Positions 48,177-56,950 of a DNA stretch of 64,000 nucleotides are shown in pieces (positions within the stretch are counted from its first letter, which is position 1; each line of letters opens with the position of its first letter). The translations under genes and the position numbers were made by a program. Below the pieces are notes generated by a model. It ran no database searches. It saw only the letters and a program-made list of their open reading frames with translations, and was not told the DNA's origin. The stretch spans positions 18,860 to 82,859 of the forward strand of contig CAYTKF010000001.1 in the NCBI GenBank assembly GCA_964438405.1. The letters run 5' to 3'. Source of the stretch: an uncultured Candidatus Saccharibacteria bacterium (lineage in GTDB: Bacteria > Patescibacteriota > Minisyncoccia > UBA9983).

Positions 48177-48734
48177 ATGGCTATAAAAATAAAAAGCGAA
48201 ACGAAACAAAAAATTCTACTTTTGCTTTTGGCGGGTTTGGCGTTAGGAATGTCAAAAACACCCAAAAGATATTTTAAGGTACTGAAAACTATTCCCAAAG
48301 AATGGAAAGATATAAAAAGAAGACAATTATTGGATGCTGTCCGCGAATTTTATAACAATAGAATCGTTGATTATAAAGAACTAAATGATGGCACAGTAGA
48401 AGTTGTCTTAACAAAAGAGGGAAGAAAGAGAGCGTTAATTTTTAAAATTGACGAAATGGAAATTAAAAAACCAGATAAGTGGGATGGCAAATGGAGAATA
48501 GTTATTTTTGATATTCCGGAAAAGAAGAGGGCAGCCAGATTTGCATTAAGAAACAAACTTAAAGATCTTGGTTTTAAAGAATTACAGAAAAGCGTTTTTG
48601 TTCATCCTTACGAATGCGAGGATGAAATTGATTTTATTGTAGAAGTATTTGAAATTAGACCCTATGTAAAATTCTTAAGAACAGATTCTTTTACAAATGA
48701 TGAACAATTTAAATTAAAATTTAAGATTTATTAA
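48177..48734 (+). CDS. PaaX-family transcriptional regulator-like protein (paralog 2)
   Basis: KWDGKWRIVIFDIPEKKRAARFALRNKLKDLGFKELQKSVFVHPYE. N-terminal wHTH-like segment KQKILLLLLAGLALG. Confidence 0.5.
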   Translation: MAIKIKSETKQKILLLLLAGLALGMSKTPKRYFKVLKTIPKEWKDIKRRQLLDAVREFYNNRIVDYKELNDGTVEVVLTKEGRKRALIFKIDEMEIKKPDKWDGKWRIVIFDIPEKKRAARFALRNKLKDLGFKELQKSVFVHPYECEDEIDFIVEVFEIRPYVKFLRTDSFTNDEQFKLKFKIY

Positions 48735-48762
48735 AAAAATATTAAAAACATATTTAATAAAA

Positions 48763-48800
48763 TTTACGTGTTTGTGGCCGATCGGTCACAGGTGCGTTAA
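48763..48800. promoter_or_regulatory. Second copy of the 38-bp CGATCG-centred palindrome (downstream flank of PaaX-like gene 2)
   Basis: tttacgtgtttgtggcCGATCGgtcacaggtgcgttaa. Inner tgtggccgatcggtcaca is a 16/18 palindrome. Confidence 0.5.
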
Positions 48801-48874
48801 TTTTAAAAATTAAATTAGAACTTAAAAAGTTGATAAGTTTTGTTTAAAGTCTTTAAATAATATATAATATCAAT

Positions 48875-50002
48875 ATGAAAATTTTGTTAGCAGGTGGGGG
48901 AACGGGCGGACATTTTTTTCCGTTGATGGCTGTGGCTGATGCGCTTAATGCTATTGCCGAACAGGAAAAAATCGCCAAAGTGGAAATTGTTTTTGCCTCT
49001 GACTCGCCCTATGACGAAAACCTGCTTTTGCAAAAGGGCATAAGATTTAAAAAAATTCCCGCGGGAAAAATCAGAAGGTATTTTTCTCTTTTAAATATTA
49101 TTGATGTTTTTAAAACAGGTATCGGATTATTAAAGGCCCTCTGGAGCATTTATCTTGATTTTCCTGATGTCATTTTCAGCAAGGGTGGTTATGCCAGCTT
49201 TCCTGTTGTTTTTGTAGCTAGAATTTTGGGCATACCATTGATTATCCATGAATCAGACACTGTGCCCGGCAGAGTAAACCGCTGGTCAGCCAAATTCGCC
49301 AAGAGAATCGCCATATCTTTTCCTCAGACAATAAAATATTTTCCAAAAGAAAAAACAGCCCTCACAGGCAATCCGGTAAGGAAAGAACTGCTTGTGCCGG
49401 CAAAAATCGGTGCAAAAGAATTTTTTAAACTTGAGGAAGCCACGCCTGTCATTATGATTTTCGGCGGTTCCCAGGGCTCGCAGAGAATAAACGATAATTT
49501 TTTGGATATAATCAGCGAGCTGGTAAAAAAATACCAAATCATTCATCAGGCGGGCAAAAAAAATTTTGACTATGTCAAAGGCAGGGCTGATGTTATTCTG
49601 GAAAATTCAGAATTCAAATCGCGGTATCAAGTTTTTGGGTTTTTAGATTTATCCATGATGAGAATGGCCTACGGCGCAAGCGACATTGTAGTGGCAAGAG
49701 CTGGTTCTGCCTCTATTTTTGAAATTGCCGCATCAGGCCTACCGTCTATTTTGATTCCCTTGGCAAATTCAGCCCAGAATCATCAGAAAGAAAACGCATT
49801 TAGCTATGCCTCGCTTGGCGCTGCTGATGTTATAGAAGAATCAAATCTTTCGCCCAGCGTATTGCGGGTTGAAATAGAAAGAATTTTGGGAGATAAAGAA
49901 AAAATGAAAAAAATGTCCGGGGTCGCTAAAAAATTTGTAAAACCAGACGCAGCAGAAAAACTGGCGCGGGAAATCATCGGCCTTGCCCTAGAGCACGCGT
50001 AA
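48875..50002 (+). CDS. murG: Undecaprenyldiphospho-muramoylpentapeptide beta-N-acetylglucosaminyltransferase MurG
   Basis: MKILLAGGGTGGHFFPLMAVADAL; C-terminal GT-B domain. Confidence 0.85.
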   Translation: MKILLAGGGTGGHFFPLMAVADALNAIAEQEKIAKVEIVFASDSPYDENLLLQKGIRFKKIPAGKIRRYFSLLNIIDVFKTGIGLLKALWSIYLDFPDVIFSKGGYASFPVVFVARILGIPLIIHESDTVPGRVNRWSAKFAKRIAISFPQTIKYFPKEKTALTGNPVRKELLVPAKIGAKEFFKLEEATPVIMIFGGSQGSQRINDNFLDIISELVKKYQIIHQAGKKNFDYVKGRADVILENSEFKSRYQVFGFLDLSMMRMAYGASDIVVARAGSASIFEIAASGLPSILIPLANSAQNHQKENAFSYASLGAADVIEESNLSPSVLRVEIERILGDKEKMKKMSGVAKKFVKPDAAEKLAREIIGLALEHA

Positions 50003-51368
50003 TATCAAATCCTTTTTCTGTATCTTCTATTTCAAAACCAAGATTTTTGATTTTTTGGCGCAATTTGTCGGCTTCCTGCCAATTGCCTGATTTACGCAAT
50101 GCCATACGTTTTTCCGCGAGCTCTATAACTTCTTGCGGAATTTTTTCTGGCTGCTCCGCAATATTTTCAGCAATTTTTAAACCTAAAACTTTGTCAAAAT
50201 CTAATAGAGTCGCCATCTTTAAGTCATCAGATAAGTCTGATTTTAATAATTCCTGAACTACTGCCAAGGCCTGTGGGGTGTTAAAATCGTCGGAAATAAC
50301 ATCAATGAATTTATTTTTGTATTCTTCGCTTACCTCTCCGACACTATTTTTTAATTCTCGTATTTCACTATATAAATTTTTTAATCCGTTTTCTGCCGCC
50401 TTCAATGCCTGCCATGTAAAATTTTGTTTTGAGCGGTAATGCGCCTGCAGGAAAAAATAGCGCAGGGCGAGCGGGTCAAATCCTTTTTCTTTAACTTCTG
50501 CCAGACTGAAACCAGTGCCTTCGGATTTGGCCATCTTTTTACCATCAACCAAAAGATGTTCGTTGTGCACCCAGTAATTTGCAAGGGGTACCCCGTCATT
50601 TACTGCCTCGCTTTGGGCAATCTCGTTTGTGTGGTGAATGGGAATATGCTCAATTCCGCCCATGTGAATATCAATTGTTTTTCCTAAAAATCTTTTTATC
50701 ATTGCCGAACATTCAATGTGCCAGCCAGGAAATCCTTCACCCCATTCTGAAGGCCATATTTGCAAAGCATTGGCGTGTTTGCCTTTTTTAAAAAACCAGA
50801 GAGCGAAATCAGCGGGATACTTTTTATTTTTGTCGTTTGGTTCTGTTTTTTGTTCTTCCAAAATTTGGCCGGACAAACGATTATAATTTTTGGCTTTTAA
50901 TACATCAAAATAAATTGCCAAATCTGTCTGATATGCAAAACCTTTATCAAACAAAATTTTTATCATCTCTAAAATTTCGTTAATATTTTCCGTTGCTCGG
51001 GACTTGATATTTGGTTCAAGATTATTGAGTTCAGCAGTATCTTGTTCAAAAATTTTTATATACTTATCGGCAATTTCTTTGGGAGAAATTTTTTCTTTCG
51101 TAGCGCTCACATCCATTTTATCCTCGCCTTCGTCAGAATCACTGGTCAAATGCCCGACATCAGTATAATTGCGAAGAAAATTTACATCATAACCAATATA
51201 TCTTAAAAAACGGTTAATTATATCAGCCATTGTCATTGCACGCAGATTACCAATATGCTGTGTCCAGTAAACCGTGGGCCCGCACTGGTAAAATTTCACC
51301 TTATTATTTTCAAGTGTCTTAAAAATTTCTTTTTTGCCAGAAAGCGTATTGTAAATTTTTATATCCAT
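49974..51368 (-). CDS. cysS: Cysteinyl-tRNA synthetase
   Basis: CGPTVYWTQHIGN (HIGH-type), KMAKSEGT (KMSKS), zinc-binding Cys. Internal start MDIKIYN chosen. Confidence 0.85.
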   Translation of the reverse strand: MDIKIYNTLSGKKEIFKTLENNKVKFYQCGPTVYWTQHIGNLRAMTMADIINRFLRYIGYDVNFLRNYTDVGHLTSDSDEGEDKMDVSATKEKISPKEIADKYIKIFEQDTAELNNLEPNIKSRATENINEILEMIKILFDKGFAYQTDLAIYFDVLKAKNYNRLSGQILEEQKTEPNDKNKKYPADFALWFFKKGKHANALQIWPSEWGEGFPGWHIECSAMIKRFLGKTIDIHMGGIEHIPIHHTNEIAQSEAVNDGVPLANYWVHNEHLLVDGKKMAKSEGTGFSLAEVKEKGFDPLALRYFFLQAHYRSKQNFTWQALKAAENGLKNLYSEIRELKNSVGEVSEEYKNKFIDVISDDFNTPQALAVVQELLKSDLSDDLKMATLLDFDKVLGLKIAENIAEQPEKIPQEVIELAEKRMALRKSGNWQEADKLRQKIKNLGFEIEDTEKGFDITRALGQGR

Positions 51369-52276
51369 TTTCTGCGTTTGAAGAAAAATAAGAGAGATGA
51401 TGCTGAGACAAACATTATGCCGGTAATTATCCAAAAATCGCCTTTCATGCCGACAATGGGCGTTGATATAAGATTGCTCATTCCAAAAAGCGCGGCAAAA
51501 AGCATGAGCGGAAAGGTGATGAAAGAAACAATGGTCAGAGTTCTCATGATGTCATTAACCTTATCTGTCAAAAGAGAATCGTTTGTATTGTGCAAAGATT
51601 CAATAGTGGCAACACAATTTTCCATCAGCGTCTTGACCCGGTCAAGATTGCCAAGAATAACGTTGGCATAATGAACAAAATCTTTGTTGAAAAATTTTTC
51701 TCCGATAATTTTAAAAGAATTCAAAATAGATTCATGGCTGTGGATGGCGCGCTGGAAATCAAGCGTATCCCTGCGCAGATAAGAAATATATGCGACCATC
51801 TCTTTTTCGTGGCCTTTAAAAATATTTTCCTCTATGTCGTTTATTTTGAGCTGAATATGGTCCAGCTGCCTTAGGGCAAATTCATAAAGCTGTTTAATTA
51901 TAAAAGTGCTCAAAACTCCGCTGTTTTTTACAAGTTGTTCTTCGCCCAAAATAGACCCAACCTCAAAAAGTTTTGTTATTTCATGAAAAAGAGAAATCTC
52001 TTTGTAATGGGCGGCGATAAGAAAATTTTTGCCCATTACAAAATCAACCTCATAACTTATTGATGTTTTTTTGTTGTTGTCAAAAATGGGGAAGTGAAGA
52101 ATAAGATATATAAAATTTTTATAAGCATCCACCCTCGGCCTTATTGTGGGTTTAAGAAGTTCTTCTGCCACAGCTGGATGAATATAATATTTTTGCATCA
52201 AAGACTTGACCTCATCTGCTGTCGGGTCTTCCAGATCTACCCAGGTTAAATTTTTATGCTTGTAAGTGGAAAGCAT
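51359..52276 (-). CDS. corA: CorA-family divalent cation transporter
   Basis: Cytoplasmic N-domain plus 2 C-terminal TM helices with FGMSNL (GMN-like) signature. Confidence 0.6.
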   Translation of the reverse strand: MLSTYKHKNLTWVDLEDPTADEVKSLMQKYYIHPAVAEELLKPTIRPRVDAYKNFIYLILHFPIFDNNKKTSISYEVDFVMGKNFLIAAHYKEISLFHEITKLFEVGSILGEEQLVKNSGVLSTFIIKQLYEFALRQLDHIQLKINDIEENIFKGHEKEMVAYISYLRRDTLDFQRAIHSHESILNSFKIIGEKFFNKDFVHYANVILGNLDRVKTLMENCVATIESLHNTNDSLLTDKVNDIMRTLTIVSFITFPLMLFAALFGMSNLISTPIVGMKGDFWIITGIMFVSASSLLFFFKRRKWI

Positions 52277-52302
52277 GTCTTTATTTTGATTATATCTTTT
52301 TC

Positions 52303-53538
52303 TTGTGTATAATGGAAGCTATGGAAAAAAGAAAAAGAATAATTTCCCTGCTTGCCGCAATTATTCTGCTTGCGGCTGTTTTTTCTGGTGGCGCTCTTTT
52401 TGGTTATGCCAACCGGCCGGCCATGGAAAGGGTTGTTGGCATTTTAAATAAACAAAGCCCGGCCTCTGGCCCAGAAAATATTGATTTTTCTCCGTTTTGG
52501 GGCGCATGGAACACAGTAGAATCAAAATATGTTTCCGCTTCCAGCACTGACAGGCAAAAAATGGTCTGGGGTGCCATACAAGGGATGGTGGGTTCTTTGG
52601 GAGACCCATATTCAACTTTCTTCCCTCCGCAGGAAAATAAGGCATTTAACGATGAACTTAAGGGAAACTTTGCTGGAGTGGGAATGGAGATAAGCGTCAA
52701 AAACGGCATTTTGATTGTTGTATCGCCCTTGAAAAACACACCAGCGGAAAGAGCGGGAATAAAATCCGGCGACTCCATTTTAAAAATCAATGATAAAACA
52801 ACAGAAGGCATGATGGCAGACCAGGCAGCCTCGCTTATAAGAGGCGATGTCGGCACAACTGTCAAGCTCAATATACTTCATAAAAACAGCAGTAAACCGG
52901 TTGATTTAACAATAACAAGAGACATTATCAAAATTCCAATAATTGACACTGAAACAAAATCAGACGGCATTTTTGTCATCAAACTTTACAGCTTTTCCGA
53001 AAATTCAGCCAATGAATTTAGAAGTGCCCTGCGCCAGTTTATAGAATCCGGCAACACCAAATTAGTTCTCGATCTACGTAATAATCCGGGCGGATATCTG
53101 GAAGCAGCTGTTGATATGGCCAGCTGGTTTTTACCAATCGGCGATGTAGTTGCCAGAGAAAAATTTTCTACTGGAGACGAAACAATTTTCAGAAGCAAGG
53201 GCTATGACATGTTTAAAAATTTGCCGTTTGTGATTTTAGTAAATGAAGGAAGCGCCTCTGCCTCAGAAATTTTGTCAGGCGCCTTAAGAGAACACGGCAA
53301 GGCAAAACTTGTTGGCGCAAAAACTTTCGGCAAGGGCTCGGTACAAGAACTTTTTCCAATTACCTCGGACACGTCGTTAAAACTTACCATTGCCAAATGG
53401 CTGACACCCAATGGCATATCAATTTCAGACCAAGGCCTTGAGCCGGATTACAAAGTGGAAATTACCGATAAAGACGCCACCGCAAACAAAGACCCCCAAA
53501 TGGACAAAGCAATAGAAATTCTCAATAATTGGAAATAA
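52303..53538 (+). CDS. ctpA: Carboxyl-terminal processing protease (S41, CtpA-like) with PDZ domain
   Basis: PDZ segment GVGMEISVKNGILIVVSPLKNTPAERAGIKSGDSIL; catalytic NEGSASASEIL (Ser) and TFGKGSVQ (Lys). Confidence 0.8.
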   Translation: MCIMEAMEKRKRIISLLAAIILLAAVFSGGALFGYANRPAMERVVGILNKQSPASGPENIDFSPFWGAWNTVESKYVSASSTDRQKMVWGAIQGMVGSLGDPYSTFFPPQENKAFNDELKGNFAGVGMEISVKNGILIVVSPLKNTPAERAGIKSGDSILKINDKTTEGMMADQAASLIRGDVGTTVKLNILHKNSSKPVDLTITRDIIKIPIIDTETKSDGIFVIKLYSFSENSANEFRSALRQFIESGNTKLVLDLRNNPGGYLEAAVDMASWFLPIGDVVAREKFSTGDETIFRSKGYDMFKNLPFVILVNEGSASASEILSGALREHGKAKLVGAKTFGKGSVQELFPITSDTSLKLTIAKWLTPNGISISDQGLEPDYKVEITDKDATANKDPQMDKAIEILNNWK

Positions 53539-53593
53539 AAACCAAGTAAAAATTCTTTATTTTAAGCCGTATTTTGGCAAACACAAATTGTGC

Positions 53594-53622
53594 TTGACTT
53601 TTTAATTTGGTTGATATATGAT
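53594..53622 (+). promoter_or_regulatory. Near-consensus sigma70-type promoter
   Basis: TTGACT-17 nt-TATGAT, about 70 nt upstream of the 53691 start. RBS aggagaaaagg. Confidence 0.55.
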
Positions 53623-53690
53623 ATAAGTGGAATTAAGATCTTTAAATCGGCCCCTCGCGAGCCATAAATCGCAGGAGAAAAGGTAAGGTT

Positions 53691-54062
53691 ATGAATCAAC
53701 CAAGGAACCAAAACCCGGTGGTCCTTGTTGTTTTAGGGATCACTTTCATGATTCTTTTCGTGGCTGTCGGCTTGTATGGCAACTCCGGAGACAACGAATT
53801 TGTGGCCGGGACTCTTGCCCTGGCCTGTATCGCGGAGTTTTACACCGGCCTGTTGTACGCGATCGGTGCCACATTTCGCAGTGCTGCTCTGACTGGAATC
53901 GCTTTTGCTGGAGTATTACTGGTGGGTGGGGTAATGTTCGCCACCACCACTTTCTTCCTGACCAAAATCGTGGCAGTTTTATTTCCAATTGCCACCCACT
54001 TTTTCTTCATCCGCCGGCAACTCGGCCACGACAACGATTCGCCGGGAGCTGAAACAAAGTAA
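53691..54062 (+). CDS. Small polytopic membrane protein encoded in a GC-rich (about 50%) island
   Basis: 123 aa, 3-4 TM helices (VVLVVLGITFMILFVAVGLYG, LALACIAEFYTGLLYAIG, AFAGVLLVGGVMFATTTFFL). Composition differs sharply from the flanks. Confidence 0.5.
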   Translation: MNQPRNQNPVVLVVLGITFMILFVAVGLYGNSGDNEFVAGTLALACIAEFYTGLLYAIGATFRSAALTGIAFAGVLLVGGVMFATTTFFLTKIVAVLFPIATHFFFIRRQLGHDNDSPGAETK

Positions 54063-54097
54063 GCAGTTCTTTTTCTATCTGGTTCAACCAGATGGAG

Positions 54098-54127
54098 CCA
54101 CTCGAGAAATCGGGTGGTGTTTTTTTG
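54098..54127 (+). terminator. Intrinsic terminator after the GC-rich gene
   Basis: ccactc-gagaaatc-gggtgg followed by tgttttttt. Confidence 0.55.
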
Positions 54128-54192
54128 TTTGTTTTTAAGGCAAACCCTTACGGAGCCTTTTTGTTTTTTAAAAAACATGCTATAAATTTAAT

Positions 54193-54525
54193 ATGATTAT
54201 CAAAGAGAAAATTTCGAAGGAAGAATTTGATAAGCTTTTTAATGCTTTTTACGGCACGGTTTTAAAGATGACGGTTGATATAGAAAAAAATATTTTGTCA
54301 GCCGGATGCGAATTTCATATTGAATGTTCCGAAGAACTTGTGGAAAAAGAAAGTTCTGAACAAAAAAATCTCTGGGGCGCAAATCTCTATAGAAAAGATA
54401 TGTCAATTGATTATAATTCTCTTATTAACATCAAGCCGATGGAAAATAACAGGTCAATGGAAATTCAGGATTCAGCAATAAAACAAAGGGTTGAAAAAAT
54501 AATTAAAGATTTATTATGCAATTAG
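54193..54525 (+). CDS. Hypothetical protein
   Basis: 110 aa; overlaps the next ORF by 10 nt; no known motif. Confidence 0.3.
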   Translation: MIIKEKISKEEFDKLFNAFYGTVLKMTVDIEKNILSAGCEFHIECSEELVEKESSEQKNLWGANLYRKDMSIDYNSLINIKPMENNRSMEIQDSAIKQRVEKIIKDLLCN

Positions 54526-54785
54526 AACGCTGGAAAAAATTTTCAAAAGGACAGCAGATGGGAGCAATTGCCGCTGAGATTGCCCGCGCCAAAACTTGGC
54601 AGAATCAAGACCAAGAAAAATTTTTATCTGCCATCGAAAGGGGACTGGAACTTATTGATTCCTCTATAGATGATGATAAATGGCGCGGCTGGCGTTCAAT
54701 GCTTTTTGGTTTAAGAAATGAACTGGCTAATTTTTATTTAAATAATTCTTATAAAGATATTAATATTTTGTACACAGCCATTTGA
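54516..54785 (+). CDS. Hypothetical protein
   Basis: 89 aa, helical, Trp-rich (WRGWRSMLFGLRNELANFYL). Confidence 0.3.
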   Translation: MQLERWKKFSKGQQMGAIAAEIARAKTWQNQDQEKFLSAIERGLELIDSSIDDDKWRGWRSMLFGLRNELANFYLNNSYKDINILYTAI

Positions 54786-54828
54786 CAACTTTTATCTCTT
54801 TTGCTATCATCTAAATACAACAAAATAA

Positions 54829-55044
54829 ATGGCAGATAGGTCTGAAAAAACAGCTATAGGGACTGTGATCGAGGCGCTGCCGAACGCCTCTTTCCGCGTG
54901 CGTCTGGATGACGGTGCGGAAATTTTTTCTTACCTGGCCGGCAAAATGCGCATGTATAAAATTAGAGTTCTTGTCGGCGATAAAGTGAAAATAGAAATGG
55001 ATCCATACGGCGGAACAAAAGGAAGAATAATTCAACGTTTATAA
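54829..55044 (+). CDS. infA: Translation initiation factor IF-1
   Basis: [59 protein letters not shown]. Confidence 0.9.
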   Translation: MADRSEKTAIGTVIEALPNASFRVRLDDGAEIFSYLAGKMRMYKIRVLVGDKVKIEMDPYGGTKGRIIQRL

Positions 55045-55048
55045 TAAA

Positions 55049-55165
55049 ATGAAGGTTAAGGCGTCAATTAAAAAAATTTGCAGGGATTGCAAGATGGTCA
55101 AACGCAGGGGCTGTATTTATGTCATCTGCAAAAAAAATCCCAAGCATAAACAAAGACAGGGATAA
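55049..55165 (+). CDS. rpmJ: 50S ribosomal protein L36
   Basis: [38 protein letters not shown]; C-x2-C...C-x4-H zinc ribbon. Not in the ORF track because under 60 aa. Confidence 0.8.
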   Translation: MKVKASIKKICRDCKMVKRRGCIYVICKKNPKHKQRQG

Positions 55166-55373
55166 TAATGGCTTGGCCCACGATTTGGAGCCAAAGGCGA
55201 ACAAATTGTGGTTGCCAAACATTACCCCGCCCTCTCTTCTGTTATTTTTATCAAAGAGGACGGAATAAAAATTATGAAATATTTTGAAAAATTAAAAGTA
55301 AAAAATAAAAATGAGAGGGGCGGGGTGCTCAATTTTATAATTGCTCACTTCGCTCGCAAATAAAATTGGCATG
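55165..55373 (+). repeat. 209-bp intergenic element, copy 1 (rpmJ stop to rpsM start), containing a 101-nt stem-loop and a 29-codon sORF
   Basis: Identical to 55748..55956 by visual alignment over all 209 nt. Arms ccccgccctctc (55225) and gagaggggcgggg (55313). sORF 55274..55363 MKYFEKLKVKNKNERGGVLNFIIAHFARK with RBS aaagagga. Confidence 0.8.
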
Positions 55374-55751
55374 CGTATCGCTGGAACAAACATACCGGAT
55401 AATAAAAGACTGGAGATTGCATTAACCTATGTTTTTGGCATTGGCAGAACGCGGGCAAAAGAAATTTTAAAAGGCGCGCAAATTTCCATAGACAAAAAAG
55501 CAAAAGATTTATCTGAAAAAGAATCTAATTCTATCAGGGAATTTGTGGAAAAATATAAAATAGAAGAAGAATTGCGCAGAGAAATTTCCTCTAATATCAA
55601 AAGGTTAAAAGAAATTAAGGCCTACCGCGGTATGCGCCATTCAAGAAAACTGCCTGTGCGCGGACAAAGAACCAAAACTAATTCCCGCACAAACAGAGGC
55701 AATGTCAGAGTAACCATGGGCAGTGGAAGAAGGAAATTGGAAAAGACATAA
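55371..55751 (+). CDS. rpsM: 30S ribosomal protein S13
   Basis: MRIAGTNIPDNKRLEIALTYVFGIGRTRAKEIL...C-terminal RGQRTKTNSRTNRG. Start is the ATG at the end of the repeat; the tracked N-extension MLTSLANKIG is repeat-encoded. Confidence 0.85.
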   Translation: MRIAGTNIPDNKRLEIALTYVFGIGRTRAKEILKGAQISIDKKAKDLSEKESNSIREFVEKYKIEEELRREISSNIKRLKEIKAYRGMRHSRKLPVRGQRTKTNSRTNRGNVRVTMGSGRRKLEKT

Positions 55752-55956
55752 TGGCTTGGCCCACGATTTGGAGCCAAAGGCGAACAAATTGTGGTTGCCA
55801 AACATTACCCCGCCCTCTCTTCTGTTATTTTTATCAAAGAGGACGGAATAAAAATTATGAAATATTTTGAAAAATTAAAAGTAAAAAATAAAAATGAGAG
55901 GGGCGGGGTGCTCAATTTTATAATTGCTCACTTCGCTCGCAAATAAAATTGGCATG
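55748..55956 (+). repeat. 209-bp intergenic element, copy 2 (rpsM stop to rpsK start)
   Basis: Perfect copy of 55165..55373; sORF copy at 55857..55946. Confidence 0.8.
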
Positions 55957-56388
55957 GGTAAAAAACGAATTATAACAAAAGAGGGAGCGGTCGTTGACCA
56001 GGAGCTTAAGGCCCGGTCGCTCAGCAAGATGCCGAAGAAAAAAATCACCAGCGCTGTTTTAAATGTGCAGTCAACTTTTAATAATACTCTCATCAGCCTC
56101 TCAGACAAAAAAGGCAATACCATAATGTGGTCATCAAGCGGAGCACTGGGATTCAAGGGCGCGAAAAAAGGCACCCCTTTTGCCGCATCAAAAGTTGCTG
56201 AACTTCTGGCTGACAAAGCAAAGACAATGGGAATTAAAGATATTGATGTTGTTATTAAGGGCGTTGGGGCTGGCAGAGAGTCGGCTGTCAGAACCTTCAG
56301 TAGCCGGGGTTTTGAAATAAATCTTATCCGCGACGAAACCCCGATTCCGCATAACGGCCCCAAACCGCCCAAACCACGCAGGGTATAA
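55954..56388 (+). CDS. rpsK: 30S ribosomal protein S11
   Basis: VLNVQSTFNNTLISLSDKKGNTIMWSSSGALGFKGAKKGTPFAA...C-terminal PHNGPKPPKPRRV. Confidence 0.85.
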   Translation: MGKKRIITKEGAVVDQELKARSLSKMPKKKITSAVLNVQSTFNNTLISLSDKKGNTIMWSSSGALGFKGAKKGTPFAASKVAELLADKAKTMGIKDIDVVIKGVGAGRESAVRTFSSRGFEINLIRDETPIPHNGPKPPKPRRV

Positions 56389-56394
56389 GATTTT

Positions 56395-56946
56395 ATGTTA
56401 GATAACAAATGTAAAAAATGCAGAAGAGCCGGGAAAAAACTCTTTCTCAAGGGAGAAAAGTGTTTTAGTCCCAAATGCCCTTTTACCAGAAAACCCTATC
56501 CTCCGGGCATTCTTGGAAAAAAGAAAAGTAAGCACGGTGCAAGAGGACTTTCCGAATACGGAACACAGCTTAGAGAAAAACAAAGTTTAAAATTTTCATA
56601 CGGCGTTAGAGGCAGACAGTTTGAAAATTATCTAAAAGAGGGTAATGCCGTCAATCTTTTAGAATCACGATTAGACAATGTTGTTTTTAGGATGGGATTA
56701 AGCGATTCAAGGTCAGGAGCAAGACAAATCGTCTCTCATGGCCATATTTTAATTGATGGGAAAAGAGTCGACATACCGTCGTATCGTTTAAAAATAAATC
56801 AAAAAATTTTAATAAGGTCCCAGTCTTTAGGAAAAAAAATTTTTAGGGATTTGGACCTTAAATTAAAAAATTACAATCCGCCCGCATGGCTAAAATTGGA
56901 TAAAGAAAAAAAGGAGGCGGAAATTATAGGCAAACCAACAGTATAA
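56395..56946 (+). CDS. rpsD: 30S ribosomal protein S4
   Basis: N-terminal zinc-ribbon-like CKKCRRAGKKLFLKGEKCFSPKC; S4 RNA-binding domain. Confidence 0.9.
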   Translation: MLDNKCKKCRRAGKKLFLKGEKCFSPKCPFTRKPYPPGILGKKKSKHGARGLSEYGTQLREKQSLKFSYGVRGRQFENYLKEGNAVNLLESRLDNVVFRMGLSDSRSGARQIVSHGHILIDGKRVDIPSYRLKINQKILIRSQSLGKKIFRDLDLKLKNYNPPAWLKLDKEKKEAEIIGKPTV

Positions 56947-56950
56947 TTTT

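Noticed and set aside
53746-54178. Two minus-strand ORFs (80 and 112 aa) in the GC-rich island.
   Set aside because: The plus-strand frame has a consensus promoter, RBS and terminator, and encodes clean TM helices. The minus-strand ORFs are Arg/Pro-rich, as expected for the antisense of GC-rich coding DNA.
55341-55370. Shared N-terminal extension MLTSLANKIGM on both rpsM and rpsK ORFs in the track.
   Set aside because: It is encoded by the 3' end of the 209-bp repeat in a TTG-initiated frame. True S13 and S11 N-termini begin at the ATG that terminates the repeat.
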